DNA of 28,932 nt from a virus (Duplodnaviria > Heunggongvirae > Uroviricota > Caudoviricetes), in IMG/VR virus record IMGVR_UViG_2740892230_000022; one strand, given 5' to 3'. The position numbers and the translations under genes were made by a program. Below are positions 8,349 to 18,181 of the stretch, one piece after another. The notes under the pieces were generated by a model. It had not been told where the DNA came from, did no database searches, and was given only the letters and a program-made list of their open reading frames with translations. Positions within the stretch are counted from its first letter, which is position 1. The number at the start of each line of letters is the position of its first letter.

Positions 8349-8541
8349 GCAACTCCGCGTGGAAAATCAGCAACGCAATCAGGACGGAGAGGCCAGACGT
8401 GAACAGCTACGCAACGATATTGCAAAAGATGAATGCGCCCACGCTTTGCCTGACGCTCGTTTTACTGACAGGTTGCGCAGGCACGCAGAACGCGCCACGG
8501 CCAGCGCCGTCAGTCCGGCTTATACCGCAGACGCTGACCAT
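8349..8541 (+). CDS. Rz/LysB-like i-spanin, internal fragment (second allele)
   Basis: QLRVENQQRNQDGEARREQLRNDIAKD... overlaps the LysB fragment at 6156..6389 (QLRAENQQRNQDGEV) with substitutions. Confidence 0.55.
8429..8541 (+). CDS. Rz1/LysC-like o-spanin lipoprotein, embedded in +1 frame of LysB (3' partial)
   Basis: MNAPTLCLTLVLLTGCAGTQNAPRPAPSV: signal peptide with lipobox LLTGC, proline-rich, fully inside the LysB reading frame. Confidence 0.6.
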
Positions 8542-8551
8542 NNNNNNNNNN

Positions 8552-8698
8552 TGGCGACAATTTCCCAAAGTGTGTCCAGTGGTTCGATAAAGGCGGATAA
8601 ATCCGCGTCGGCATCCGTCCCGGCCTGCGTCAGTACCGGGTTGCAGATTTCTTCGGTCAGTACCGTGGCAGCAGTACGGCCAAAGTTATCCGGCATGA
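8552..8698 (-). CDS. gpM-like terminase small subunit, internal fragment
   Basis: MPDNFGRTAATVLTEEICNPVLTQAGTDADADL resembles the recalled mid-region of P2 gpM (MPGKHRRTPPYMFTEEVALAA...). No start or stop within the contig. Confidence 0.35.
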
Positions 8699-8708
8699 NN
8701 NNNNNNNN

Positions 8709-8886
8709 ACCGGTAACGCCTCCCCCCTTCCCTGACACTCCCACATGGGGAAATCTCGGTATATGGGGCGACCGCCTTCTGGATGCACTGGAAACCTGTA
8801 ACGCGGATAAACGGGCCATTGAATTACTGGAACAGCGCAGGCTGCAAAGACTGAACAACGAGGACAACAACCATGCTGAAAACTGA
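8709..8886 (+). CDS. spanin (LysB or LysC) C-terminal fragment
   Basis: PVTPPPFPDTPTWGNLGIWGDRLLDALETCNADKRAIELLEQRRLQRLNNEDNNHAEN*; stop 8884-8886 overlaps the gpR start at 8873. Confidence 0.4.
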
Positions 8887-9448
8887 TTCCCTGCGTGAAG
8901 CCATGACCCGTTCATGCCGATGGTGTCAGGCCAACCCGGAAAAATTCACCATTTTCGTGGAGAGCGGCAACATTGAAACGACCGGAGAAACGCCCTCGTT
9001 TGTTTACCGCTATCAGATGGTGATGTTTGTCATGGATTACGCCGGAGAGCTGGACGACCTCACGCTGCCGCTGCTGGCGTGGTTATCCGAAAATCAGCCA
9101 CAGTTGTTGCTCAATCCGGAGCGTAATCAGGACATCAAATTTTCCGCCGTTATCAATGACGATGACAGCGCCGATCTCCTGTTTACGCTCCCCCTGCGGG
9201 AACGCGTTCGCATCACGCGCAGCAGTCAGGGCACACCGCAGGCAGAACACCTGCCGGAGCCAAAACCCCGCCTGCCATCTTCCGAAGGCGACTGGTCGCA
9301 TGTATTCCAGGNNNNNNNNNNTACGCGCAACAGTCAGGGGACACCGCAGGCAGAACACCTGCAGGAGCCAAAACCCCGTCTGCCCTCTTCCGAAGGCGAC
9401 TGGTCGCATGTATTCCAGGATGTGACGTGGGGTGAAAGCGATGGATAA
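8873..9448 (+). CDS. R: P2 gpR-like tail completion protein (composite across the N10 at 9312)
   Basis: MLKTDSLREAMTRSCRWCQANPEKFTIFVESGNIETTGE... resembles the P2 R N-terminus; position before S-V-W-J. The roughly 27-aa internal duplication is an assembly overlap. Confidence 0.65.
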   Translation: MLKTDSLREAMTRSCRWCQANPEKFTIFVESGNIETTGETPSFVYRYQMVMFVMDYAGELDDLTLPLLAWLSENQPQLLLNPERNQDIKFSAVINDDDSADLLFTLPLRERVRITRSSQGTPQAEHLPEPKPRLPSSEGDWSHVFQXXXXTRNSQGTPQAEHLQEPKPRLPSSEGDWSHVFQDVTWGESDG

Positions 9449-10076
9449 GGCATTCACCCGCGTGGATGAAACCTTTGAGGCCATCCGCGACAGCCTGAAT
9501 CAGCAGGCCATCAATAACATCGCCAGAAAGCTGGCACAGGATTTACGCCGCGCCCAGCAGGCGCGTATCCGGTCACAGAAAGCGCCGGACGGGACCGCAT
9601 GGACACCACGCAGACGCCGCGTAACCCGGATACAGGAACGTATTCGCTTTATCTGGAATAACGAAGCACGCACGCTGAAAAACTGGCATCACGACACGGG
9701 GAAATACGGGCGAACCATTACCGGGTGGGATGAGGATAAAAACAATATCCGCACGTTTTACCGGGATGACATCGACCGTTTTCTGGAAATACGCACCCGG
9801 CGCATCAACCAGGACAGCACAAAGCGCGTCCCCATGTTCGTAAAACTGCGCACCGCCCGCTACCTGAAAGCCGGTGCAGATGCTTCCGGTGTGACGGTGG
9901 GTTACAGCGGCGTGGCCGCACGTATTGCACGCGTTCATCAGTTCGGTGAGCGCGATCAGGTTTCGCCGGGCATTTTCACCGATTACCCGGTACGTGAGCT
10001 GTTGGGTATCAGCCAGGCAGATGAACGCCTGATTTATAACACCGTGCTGGGCCGGATTGCGGAGGCTGTACGGTGA
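9441..10076 (+). CDS. phage virion morphogenesis / tail completion protein (gpS-like), longer than P2 S
   Basis: ATG 9441 (alternative GTG 9432). IRSQKAPDGTAWTPRRRR resembles the Phage_tail_S core. Located between R and V. Confidence 0.55.
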   Translation: MDKAFTRVDETFEAIRDSLNQQAINNIARKLAQDLRRAQQARIRSQKAPDGTAWTPRRRRVTRIQERIRFIWNNEARTLKNWHHDTGKYGRTITGWDEDKNNIRTFYRDDIDRFLEIRTRRINQDSTKRVPMFVKLRTARYLKAGADASGVTVGYSGVAARIARVHQFGERDQVSPGIFTDYPVRELLGISQADERLIYNTVLGRIAEAVR

Positions 10077-10654
10077 GCGCAGAACTCATGCGACTGCTGA
10101 GCAACATCATCCGCACCGGAATCATCTCTGAAGTTGATGAGAAGTCCTGGCTCGTGCGCGTTCGCAGCGGCGAACTGGAAACAGGCTGGCTGCGCTGGAA
10201 CACCACGCGCGCGGGAGCCTTCAATGTGTGGCTGCCGCCATCACCAGGCGAACAGGTGGTAATTGCCTGCATTGGCGGCAACCCGGAAACCGCCATGATA
10301 ATCGGCAGCCTGTGGAGTGATGCCATTCCGGCACCCGGCAAAAGCCTGAAAGAAATCGTGGTCAGCGCGCCGGATGGCGCGGTGTTCCGCTACGACGCGG
10401 ACGCAGGCGCACTGAGCGCCAGCGGCATGAAAACAGCCACCCTGCAGGCATCCGTCAGCGTGACACTGGACACGCCCGTCGTGGAATGCACAGACCTTCT
10501 GAGAACTGCGATGCTTGACGTCACAAAAGGAGGAAAGATGAGCGGCAATATCACGCACAGCGGCGGCAACTTCACCTCAAACGGCATTACCGTGCATACG
10601 CATAAACACGGTGGCGTGAAAGGTGGCAGCGATTCGACAGGAGGCCCGCAGTGA
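10073..10654 (+). CDS. V: P2 gpV-like baseplate spike protein
   Basis: GTG 10073 overlapping the S stop. ...GNITHSGGNFTSNGITVHTHKHGGVKGGSDSTGGPQ* matches the gpV C-terminal pattern (HTHKH, Gly-rich tail). Confidence 0.8.
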   Translation: MSAELMRLLSNIIRTGIISEVDEKSWLVRVRSGELETGWLRWNTTRAGAFNVWLPPSPGEQVVIACIGGNPETAMIIGSLWSDAIPAPGKSLKEIVVSAPDGAVFRYDADAGALSASGMKTATLQASVSVTLDTPVVECTDLLRTAMLDVTKGGKMSGNITHSGGNFTSNGITVHTHKHGGVKGGSDSTGGPQ

Positions 10655-11001
10655 CAACCCGCTACACAGGAATGAATCCGGACGGGACGGGAAACCTGAA
10701 CGATATGGAGCACCTGAAACAGTCAGTCAGGGATATCCTGACCACCCCGCTGGCAAGCCGGGTTATGCGACGGGAATATGGCAGCCTTGTGCCTGATTTG
10801 ATTGACGAACCCATGAATAACACCACGCGTCTGCAATGCATGAGTGCTGCCGTGATTGCGCTGACACGATGGGAACCCCGCATTGCCCTGGATGCCATCG
10901 ACGTTGTCTGGAAAGCGGGAGGCCGCGCCGGGGTGACGCTGTCGGGCACTGTCATGCAGACCATGCAGAATGTTGAATTAACCATCACGCTAAGGGAGTA
11001 A
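10651..11001 (+). CDS. W: P2 gpW-like baseplate wedge protein (GPW/gp25 family)
   Basis: MTTRYTGMNPDGTGNLNDMEHLKQSVRDILTTPLASRVMRREYGSL... closely parallels P2 W (MTARYLGMNRSDG...RDYGSL). Confidence 0.8.
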   Translation: MTTRYTGMNPDGTGNLNDMEHLKQSVRDILTTPLASRVMRREYGSLVPDLIDEPMNNTTRLQCMSAAVIALTRWEPRIALDAIDVVWKAGGRAGVTLSGTVMQTMQNVELTITLRE

Positions 11002-11005
11002 ATCA

Positions 11006-12422
11006 TGCCCGCCGTTGACCTTTCACAGTTACCGGACCCCGCCATCATCGCGGAGCCTGACTTTGAGGCAATTCTGGCTGACACAAAGGCCATGANNNNN
11101 NNNNNGAGAGAGTAAATCATGCCTGCTGTTGACCTTTCCCAGTTACCGGAACCCGCCATCATCGCGGAGCCTGATTTTGAGGCAATTCTGGCTGACACAA
11201 AGGCCATGATGATTGCGTCCTATCCTGCCGAACAGCGTGAAGCCGTCTCCGCCGCGCTGGAGCTGGAATCGGAACCCCTGAACGTTATCGCTCAAACCAT
11301 GTCTTTTCGTGAAATGCTGTTACGCCAGCGGGTCAATGAGGGTGCACGCGCCTGCATGCTAAGCCACAGCGCCGGGACAGACCTGGACAACCTCGCGGGC
11401 AATATGAACACAAAGCGCCTGGTTATCACTCCGGCAACGGATACCACCGACGCAGTGATGGAAAGTGACACCTCGCTGAGACTACGGGCGCAACGGGCAT
11501 ATGACGGTCTGAGTGTTGCTGGCCCGTCAGGTGCATACGAGTNNNNNNNNNNAATTGCGGCTTATCCCGCCGAACAGCGTGAAGCCGTTTCCGCCGCGCT
11601 GGAGCTGGAATCGGAACCCCTTAACGTTATCGCTCAAACCATGTCTTTTCGTGAAATGCTGTTACGCCAGCGGGTTAACGAGGGGGCACGCGCCTGCATG
11701 TTAAGCCACAGCGCCGGGACAGACCTGGACAACCTAGCGGGCAATATGAACACAAAGCGCCTGGTTATCACTCCGGCAACGGATACCACCGACGCGGTGA
11801 TGGAGAGCGACACCTCGCTGAGACTGCGGGCGCAGCGGGCGTATGACGGCCTGAGTGTTGCTGGCCCGTCAGGTGCATACGAGTATTTTGCCCGCAGCGC
11901 CAGCGGTCTGGTACGCGATGCGCGGGCCATCAGCCCGTCTCCGGCCAACGTGACGGTTTCCATCCTGTCCACTGAGGGCGACGGCACGGCAACGGAGGCG
12001 TTGCTTAATACCGTTCGCGCCGTTCTGAATGCAGAGGATACCCGCCCGGTGGCCGACCGCTTGACCGTACAGAGTGCCAGAATCGTGACATGGCGGCTGA
12101 ATGCAAAACTGTACTNNNNNNNNNNCTGACGGTACAGAGCGCCAGCATCGTGACATGGCGGCTGAATGCAAAACTGTACTTTTATCCCGGCCCGGAATCC
12201 GAACCTATTCTGGCCGCGGCGGAATCGTCATTCAGGAAGTGGCTGGCTGAACAGGGGCTTATCGGTCAGGACGTGGCGTTGTCCGCCATTGCTGCCGCAC
12301 TGCATGTGCACGGTGTGCAACGCGTGGAGATAACCGAACCCACACAGAATATGGCCATCAGCGACATACAGGCGGCGCGCTGTGAGTCATTCACCATCAG
12401 CGAAGGTGGGCGCAATGAGTAA
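11006..12422 (+). CDS. J: P2 gpJ-like baseplate assembly protein J (composite across three N10 joins)
   Basis: MPAVDLSQLPEPAIIAEPDFEAILAD...RLTVQSA.IVTWRLNAKLYFYPGPESEPI... matches P2 J throughout. Duplicated blocks at 11006-11095, 11453-11542 and 12061-12115 are overlapping alleles. Confidence 0.8.
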
Positions 12423-13023
12423 TTCACTGTTACCACCATCAGCCAGCAATTTCATGCGTTGTGCCGAAGCCGTCGGAACACGCATTACAGACATTCCGGT
12501 AGACCTCAACACGCTGTGGTCGCCGGACACCTGCCCGGTGCATCTGCTGCCTTATCTCGCCTGGGCGTTTTCCGTTGACCGCTGGGATCGCAACTGGCCG
12601 GAAGAGACAAAGCGACAGGTGATTCGTGATGCATGGCTGACACACCGACACAAAGGGACCATCAGCGCACTGCGAAGAGCCGTGGAGCCTCTCGGCTACC
12701 TGATTGAAGTAAAGGAGTGGTGGCAACTCAACGAGGAGCCAGGAACATTTCGCATTGTTGTCGGAGTACTTGATCAGGGCATCACCGATGAAATGTATCA
12801 GGAACTTGAGCGCCTTATTGCGGATGCAAAACCAGTAAGTCGCCATCTGACGGGGCTGGCGATCAGCCTGAGTGTGAACGGAAAGATTTTCGTTGGTACG
12901 GGATGCTATCACGGCGATGCCCTGACGGTTTATCCCTACACCCCGGAGTCTATTATTGTCGAAGGGGATTATTTCCCTGCCCCGGCCATTCATTTAATTG
13001 ATAATCTGAGAGTAAACGCATGA
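12415..13023 (+). CDS. I: P2 gpI-like baseplate/tail protein I
   Basis: ATG 12415 overlaps the J stop. MSNSLLPP...LWSPDTCPVHLLPYLAWAFSVDRWD...ADAKPVSRHL parallels P2 I. Confidence 0.8.
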   Translation: MSNSLLPPSASNFMRCAEAVGTRITDIPVDLNTLWSPDTCPVHLLPYLAWAFSVDRWDRNWPEETKRQVIRDAWLTHRHKGTISALRRAVEPLGYLIEVKEWWQLNEEPGTFRIVVGVLDQGITDEMYQELERLIADAKPVSRHLTGLAISLSVNGKIFVGTGCYHGDALTVYPYTPESIIVEGDYFPAPAIHLIDNLRVNA

Positions 13024-13668
13024 CAGCGAAATACTACGCCATTCTGACTAATCAGGGCGCGGAACGACTGGCTAACGCGACGATGCTCGGCAGTAAGCTG
13101 AATTTGACGCAAATGGCCGTTGGTGATGCAAATGGTGTGTTACCAACACCAAACCCTGCACAAACAAAACTGATTAACCAGAAACGCATTGCACCGCTGA
13201 ATCTTCTGAATGTTGACTCTAACAATCAGAGCCAGATTATTGCGGAGCAAATCATCCCTGAAGACGAGGGAGGATTCTGGATCCGTGAGATTGGTCTTTA
13301 TGATGATAAAGGTGTACTCATTGCGGTGGCAAACTGCCCGGAAACGTACAAACCGCAGTTGCAGGAAGGCAGTGGACGCACCCAGACTATCCGCATGATT
13401 CTGGTTGTCACGAACACCAAAGCCATCACGCTGAAAATCGACCCGTCTGTGGTTCTGGCAACCCGCAAATATGTGGATGATAAAATCTCAAAGCACGAGC
13501 AGTCACGACGTCACCCGGACGCCTCGCTGACCGCAAAAGGCTTTGTTCAACTCAGTAGCGCCACTAACAGCGATTCTGAAACGCTGGCTGCAACGCCGAA
13601 AGCGGTTAAGGCCGCGTATGACCTTGCTAACGCAAAATATACCGCTCAGGACGCCACGACGGCACGAA
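13020..13668 (+). CDS. H: P2 gpH-like tail fibre protein, conserved N-terminal domain (3' truncated by N10)
   Basis: ...GGFWIREIGLYDDKGVLIAVAN...EHEQSRRHPDASLTAKGFVQLSSATNSDSETLAATPKAVKAAYDLANAKYTAQDATTAR matches the conserved P2 H N-terminus. Confidence 0.8.
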
Positions 13669-13774
13669 NNNNNNNNNNGCCGGTAACGCCTCCCCCCTTC
13701 CCTGACCCACCCACATGGGGAAACCTCGGAATATGGGGCGACCGCCTTCTGGATGCACTGGAAANNNNNNNNNN

Positions 13775-13994
13775 TGAGGTTGTGACGGACCACATATGCA
13801 CCAATACGCAGCGCCAGCGGAAGATCGCCGCAGTCAATCGCCCACACCATCAGCGTGGCAATTACTTCGTCCTGTTGCCCGCCGTCAGTCTCCAGCGTTC
13901 CCTCAATCCAGCCGGAAAAGTCCNNNNNNNNNNCACTTCATCCTGCTGCCCGCCGTCAGCCTCCAGCGTTCCCTCAATCCAGCCGGAAAAGTCC
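13775..13994 (-). CDS. gpM-like terminase small subunit, two overlapping internal fragments
   Basis: Minus-strand DFSGWIEGTLE(T/A)DGGQQDEVIATLMVWAIDCGDLPLALRIGAYVVRHNL resembles the recalled P2 gpM core (LPWVNGVLELGKGAQDDILMTVMLWRLDTGDIAGALEIARYALKYGL). Separated by the N10 at 13924. Confidence 0.4.
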
Positions 13995-14056
13995 NNNNNN
14001 NNNNCTGAACTGGATAAGAGAATAGCCGAACTGACACACCAGACGGGAGTAACACA

Positions 14057-15299
14057 ATGACCAGTAAGAACTTTGCACTGATTACAGCCATGACACAGGC
14101 TGAACTGACCCGGAAAGTGAATGAATATCTTGCGAAGGGGTGGCATCTTCAGGGGGACACACGGGTAGCTTACGAGCCCGGCACCCCGTGGTATCTCATG
14201 CAGGCCATGGTGGCCGATGGTGCCACCGAGACGCCCTCTGAGCCATTACCAAACAACAAGACGCCGGAATGGTACTACGTGGTTGTGCTTGCCGGGCAGT
14301 CCAACGGCATGGCTTACGGTGAAGGGCTTCCGTTACCGGATTCTTACGATGCTCCGGATCCGCGCATTAAACAGCTGGCGCGCCGCAGTACGGTAACCCC
14401 GGGTGGAGAGGGTTGTACGTATAACGACATCATCCCGGCTGACCACTGTCTGCATGATGTGCAGGATATGAGTACGCTGAATCATCCGAAGGCGGACCTG
14501 AGCAAAGGTCAGTACGGCTGTGTGGGACAGGGACTTCATATTGCCAAAAAACTACTCCCGTATATCCCGAATAACGCGGGGATCCTGCTGGTACCATGCT
14601 GTCGTGGTGGTTCGGCATTCACTCAGGGCGCGGAGGGAACATTCAGTACGACCACGGGGGCCAGCCAGGATTCGGCGCGCTGGGGTNNNNNNNNNNCGGG
14701 TAAGCCGTTATATCAGGACCTGATCGCACGCACCAAAGCGGCATTACAGAAGAACCCGAAAAATGTGTTGCTGGCGGTGTGCTGGATGCAGGGCGAATTT
14801 GACATGAGCGCTGCCACCTACGCACAGCATCCGGACCTGTTCACGGCCATGCTGAAGCAGTTCCGTACTGACCTTTCCGGATTTAACGCGCAGTGCCATG
14901 GCGGCAGTGCTGCAGTTTTACCGTGGATTTGTGGCGACACGACGTATTACTGGAAAAACACATACGGCACACAGTATGACTCCGTCTACGGCGCGTACAA
15001 AAACAGGGAGAGCGACAACGTTTTCTTTGTGCCGTTCATGACCGACGGTAACGGCAACAACACGCCCACCAACTTACCGGCAGAAGACCCGGATATTGCT
15101 GATGCAGGTTATTACGGCGCGCAATCCCGTAGTAATGGTAATTGGGTATCGTCAAATCGTCCGACACATTTCAGTTCATGGGCGCGCAGGGGCATTATTT
15201 CGGATCGCCTGGCAACCGCTATTCTGAACGCAGTTGGTCGAACCAGCGCCTTCATCAGCGGTACCGCACCGGAAATCAAACCCTCGCCCGGCGGCGACA
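14057..15299 (+). CDS. nanS-p: NanS-p-like sialate O-acetylesterase paralog (DUF1737 + SASA), 3' partial
   Basis: ATG 14057 overlaps the stop of the preceding fragment. MTSKNFALITAMTQAELTRKVNEYLAKGWHLQG..., then YVVVLAGQSNGMAYGEG and the same esterase core as 3447..5814, with many substitutions. Confidence 0.8.
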
Positions 15300-15309
15300 N
15301 NNNNNNNNN

Positions 15310-15500
15310 GGCAACAACTCTTTTTTGATGGCGGCTTTCGCGCTTCTGGCCTGTACGCCCTTTAGCCTGGCCTGTGCCAGACGCAGACGATACAGCACCT
15401 CTTCATGCGCGGTACGCGCGGCGTGGTCCACACCTTCATTCGCCCGGCCTGCGCGCTGTGCCATCACGTTCTGCCAGTGTTGTTGTGCAGGAGTAATCAT
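15310..15500 (-). CDS. M: P2 gpM-like terminase small subunit, N-terminal fragment
   Basis: ATG 15498-15500 after GGAGAG. MITPAQQHWQNVMAQRA...SAKAAIKKELL resembles the P2 M start (MTSPAQRHMMRV...KELKAAKKRELL). Directly downstream of gpN. Confidence 0.6.
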
Positions 15501-15545
15501 TTTTTCTCTCCGTTACAGGCGGGCATGATGCCCGCCGTGAGTTGA

Positions 15546-17167
15546 TTAGCTGTCGGCGAACTTCAGGCCAGTGATCATCGCGCACTTGCCATAGTCTTCA
15601 ACGACATAAGCGTCATTGATGGACTGGTAGGTGGCGATGCGGTTGTATTCCGGCTCGTCTTTCATCAGGCGACGCATTGAACCTTTCTGCCAGTAAATCG
15701 ACAGGTTGTTGAACGAGGTGATAAGCATCGTTGCATCCGGGAAGAACGGCGCAAGGAACACGCCCAGCNNNNNNNNNNTTCGTCTTTCATCAGACGACGC
15801 ATTGAACCTTTCTGCCAGTAAATTGACAGGTTGTTGAATGAGGTGATCAGCATCGTTGAATCCGGGAAGAACGGCGCAAGGAACACGCCCAGCCCGCCAA
15901 TGGTGCGCGATGACAGGATGAGCTGCCCGGCAAGTAATTCCGCATTGGGATTCTGGCCGCTGATGCTGTTCAGCACGGGCAGACGCAGCGAGTTAAACAG
16001 GTTGCGCCCCATAATCACCGCGAGGTCGTCAGCTTCCTTGTGCCATTCATCCAGCAGGGATGAGCGCGCATCCTGTACCAGAGCATCGGCATTCGCATAC
16101 TTACCCACGTGCGCCACAGTGTTGTCCATGTTGCGGGAGGTCAGCGTCACGTCATTCATTACGCGCTCGCTGGCATCGGTTCTGATGTGCTCCAGCCAGC
16201 CCACGTTAACGTCCTGAAGCAGCTTGTTGGTGTGAAAATCAGACTCGTAGGCGTGGGATGTGCCGTTAAAGCCAATCATGATGCGATCAAGCGCTACCTG
16301 CCGGGCGATCTGTGTACTGATACGGGACTGAAAATCGCTGTGGGCCGCCCAGGTATCAAGCTGTGGGTACGAAATAAAGGTATCGTAGTTCACCTGTTCG
16401 CACTGGTACTGACGAGACTTCATATCGATCACGTTATTCGGGTTACGGCGTTTGATGCCGTCATAACTGCTATTCGTGCGCGCAATTGGCCCGGTGGTGT
16501 CCGGGAGGATTTTTTCGCCTTTCTGGTCGGTCACGCCNNNNNNNNNNCTGAAGTTGGACTCATCCGCGTGAGACGTGCCGTTGAAACCGATCATGATGCG
16601 ATCAAGTGCCACCTGTCGGGCAATCTGTGCGCTGATGCGGGACTGAAAATCAGGGTGTGCCGCCCAGGCATCAAGCTGCGGATATGAAATAAACGTGTCG
16701 TAGTTCACCTGTTCGCACTGGTATTTGCGGTTTTTCAGATCAACCACGTTATTCGGGTTACGGCGTTTTGTGCCGTCATAACTGGTATTCGTGCGCGCAA
16801 TCGGCCCGGTGGTATCCAGGAGGATTTTTTCGCCTTTCTGGTCGGTCACGCCGATCACGTTAATTCTTTTCGTAAATTCGGTACTTTCCTTTGAGGCGTT
16901 TTCAAAACGCTGCTGCACCGCGGGTTCCACGGTAAATCGCGATACCAGTGCAGATACCGGGATATTGTTAAGCGACGCCTGCTGCGCCANNNNNNNNNNT
17001 GTAAATTCGGTGCTTTCCTTTGAGGCGTTTTCAAAACGCTGCTGTACCGAGGGTTCCACGGTAAATCGCGATACCAGTGCGGAAACCGGGATATTGTTAA
17101 GCGACGCCTGCTGCGCCATATAGCAACCCAGCTTGTTGCGGGTAATATCTGACATCACCAGATTCAT
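15546..17167 (-). CDS. N: P2 gpN-like major capsid protein (composite across three N10 joins)
   Basis: ...SRFTVEPSVQQRFENASKESTEFT...GFNGTSHA...LLQDVNVGWLEH...FFPDSTMLITSFNNLSIYWQ...YVVEDYGKCAMITGLKFADS* matches P2 N. Start ATG 17165-17167 after AAGGAG. Confidence 0.85.
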
Positions 17168-17190
17168 AAAAAATTTGCTCCTTTGTCTTA

Positions 17191-18027
17191 TCAGAAGTCA
17201 GCCAGCTGGTCGGAGGCTGCGCCTGTTGCGGTGAAGCGGTTCTGCGGATCGCCGTCCTGCGTGCGCAGTTTTTCCTTCAATGCTGTCAGCTCTGTGGTCA
17301 GTGACGTGATTTTCTGGCGGTCCTGCTGATGGTGGGTTTCCAGCACATTAAAACGGTCGATAATGTCGGCCTGTGACGTTGCAACGCCTTCCACCGCTTC
17401 CTGAATTCGGGAAAAACTGGCGTCATCCGCTTTGCGGCCACGACCAATAATCCCCATTACGCGGTTAAACCACTGGGTGCCTTCTTCCTGGCGTTGTTCT
17501 GCCATTTCGATGATTTCAGACTCGATGGCTTCGGAGATAAGCGGTGCTTCACCCTGGATACTGTTGAACGTCATCACCGCCTGACGTTGCTGTGCCGTGA
17601 ATTTCAGGCGCTCAGTGCCCAGGCTTGCCGGGGTGTCGGTCATCGCCAGCCCGACCAGATAGGCGCGCCCGTTAACGGAGAACTGCGGGTGCAGTTCGAT
17701 ACTGGAATAGATTTTCTTGCCGTCAGCGACAAGCTGCTTCATGCGCTCGGTCGGTTCGATTTCTGCATACAGCGCAGTACGTCCGGCCAGCGGGCCTTCC
17801 GTAATATCTTCCGTACTCAGCGCGGTGACATCGCCCATTGCGGAAAATTCGCTTGACGGGCATGGCGAGAGATAGTGCTCAACGTTCACGCGGGCAGCGT
17901 AAACATCCGGGTTGAAGTTCTCGGCGGCTTCACGCAGATGTACCTGGCTGATTTCGCGGCCATCAACAGTTGATCCGGAGACAGCCACGCGAAACTTTTT
18001 GCGGGATGTCTTTTTTTCATTAGCCAT
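17191..18027 (-). CDS. O: P2 gpO-like capsid scaffolding protein
   Basis: ATG 18025-18027 after GAGGGG. MANEKKTSRKKFRVAVSGSTVDGREISQVHLREAAENFNP...YLVGLAMTDTPASLGTE parallels P2 O. Confidence 0.8.
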   Translation of the reverse strand: MANEKKTSRKKFRVAVSGSTVDGREISQVHLREAAENFNPDVYAARVNVEHYLSPCPSSEFSAMGDVTALSTEDITEGPLAGRTALYAEIEPTERMKQLVADGKKIYSSIELHPQFSVNGRAYLVGLAMTDTPASLGTERLKFTAQQRQAVMTFNSIQGEAPLISEAIESEIIEMAEQRQEEGTQWFNRVMGIIGRGRKADDASFSRIQEAVEGVATSQADIIDRFNVLETHHQQDRQKITSLTTELTALKEKLRTQDGDPQNRFTATGAASDQLADF

Positions 18028-18181
18028 AGTTTTTGCCCCTCTGACTGGTTCTTCAGTCATGATGGCAAAGCGTAACAGGCTGATACAAAGGGCTTTTGTT
18101 GTAAGAAAACGGCCAGAACAGGGGGTTAAGGAGAACGGTTTCGCGCGCGGGTAATCTTCCTGTAATTACTCAGGGGGAGCA

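Noticed and set aside
18028-18181. Searched the divergent O/P promoter region for the P2 Ogr/Delta late-activator dyad TGT-N12-ACA
   Set aside because: No TGT-N12-ACA match found by eye on either strand; only an ACA-N9-TGT arrangement (ACAAAGGGCTTTTGT). Late-promoter control therefore cannot be assigned from sequence.
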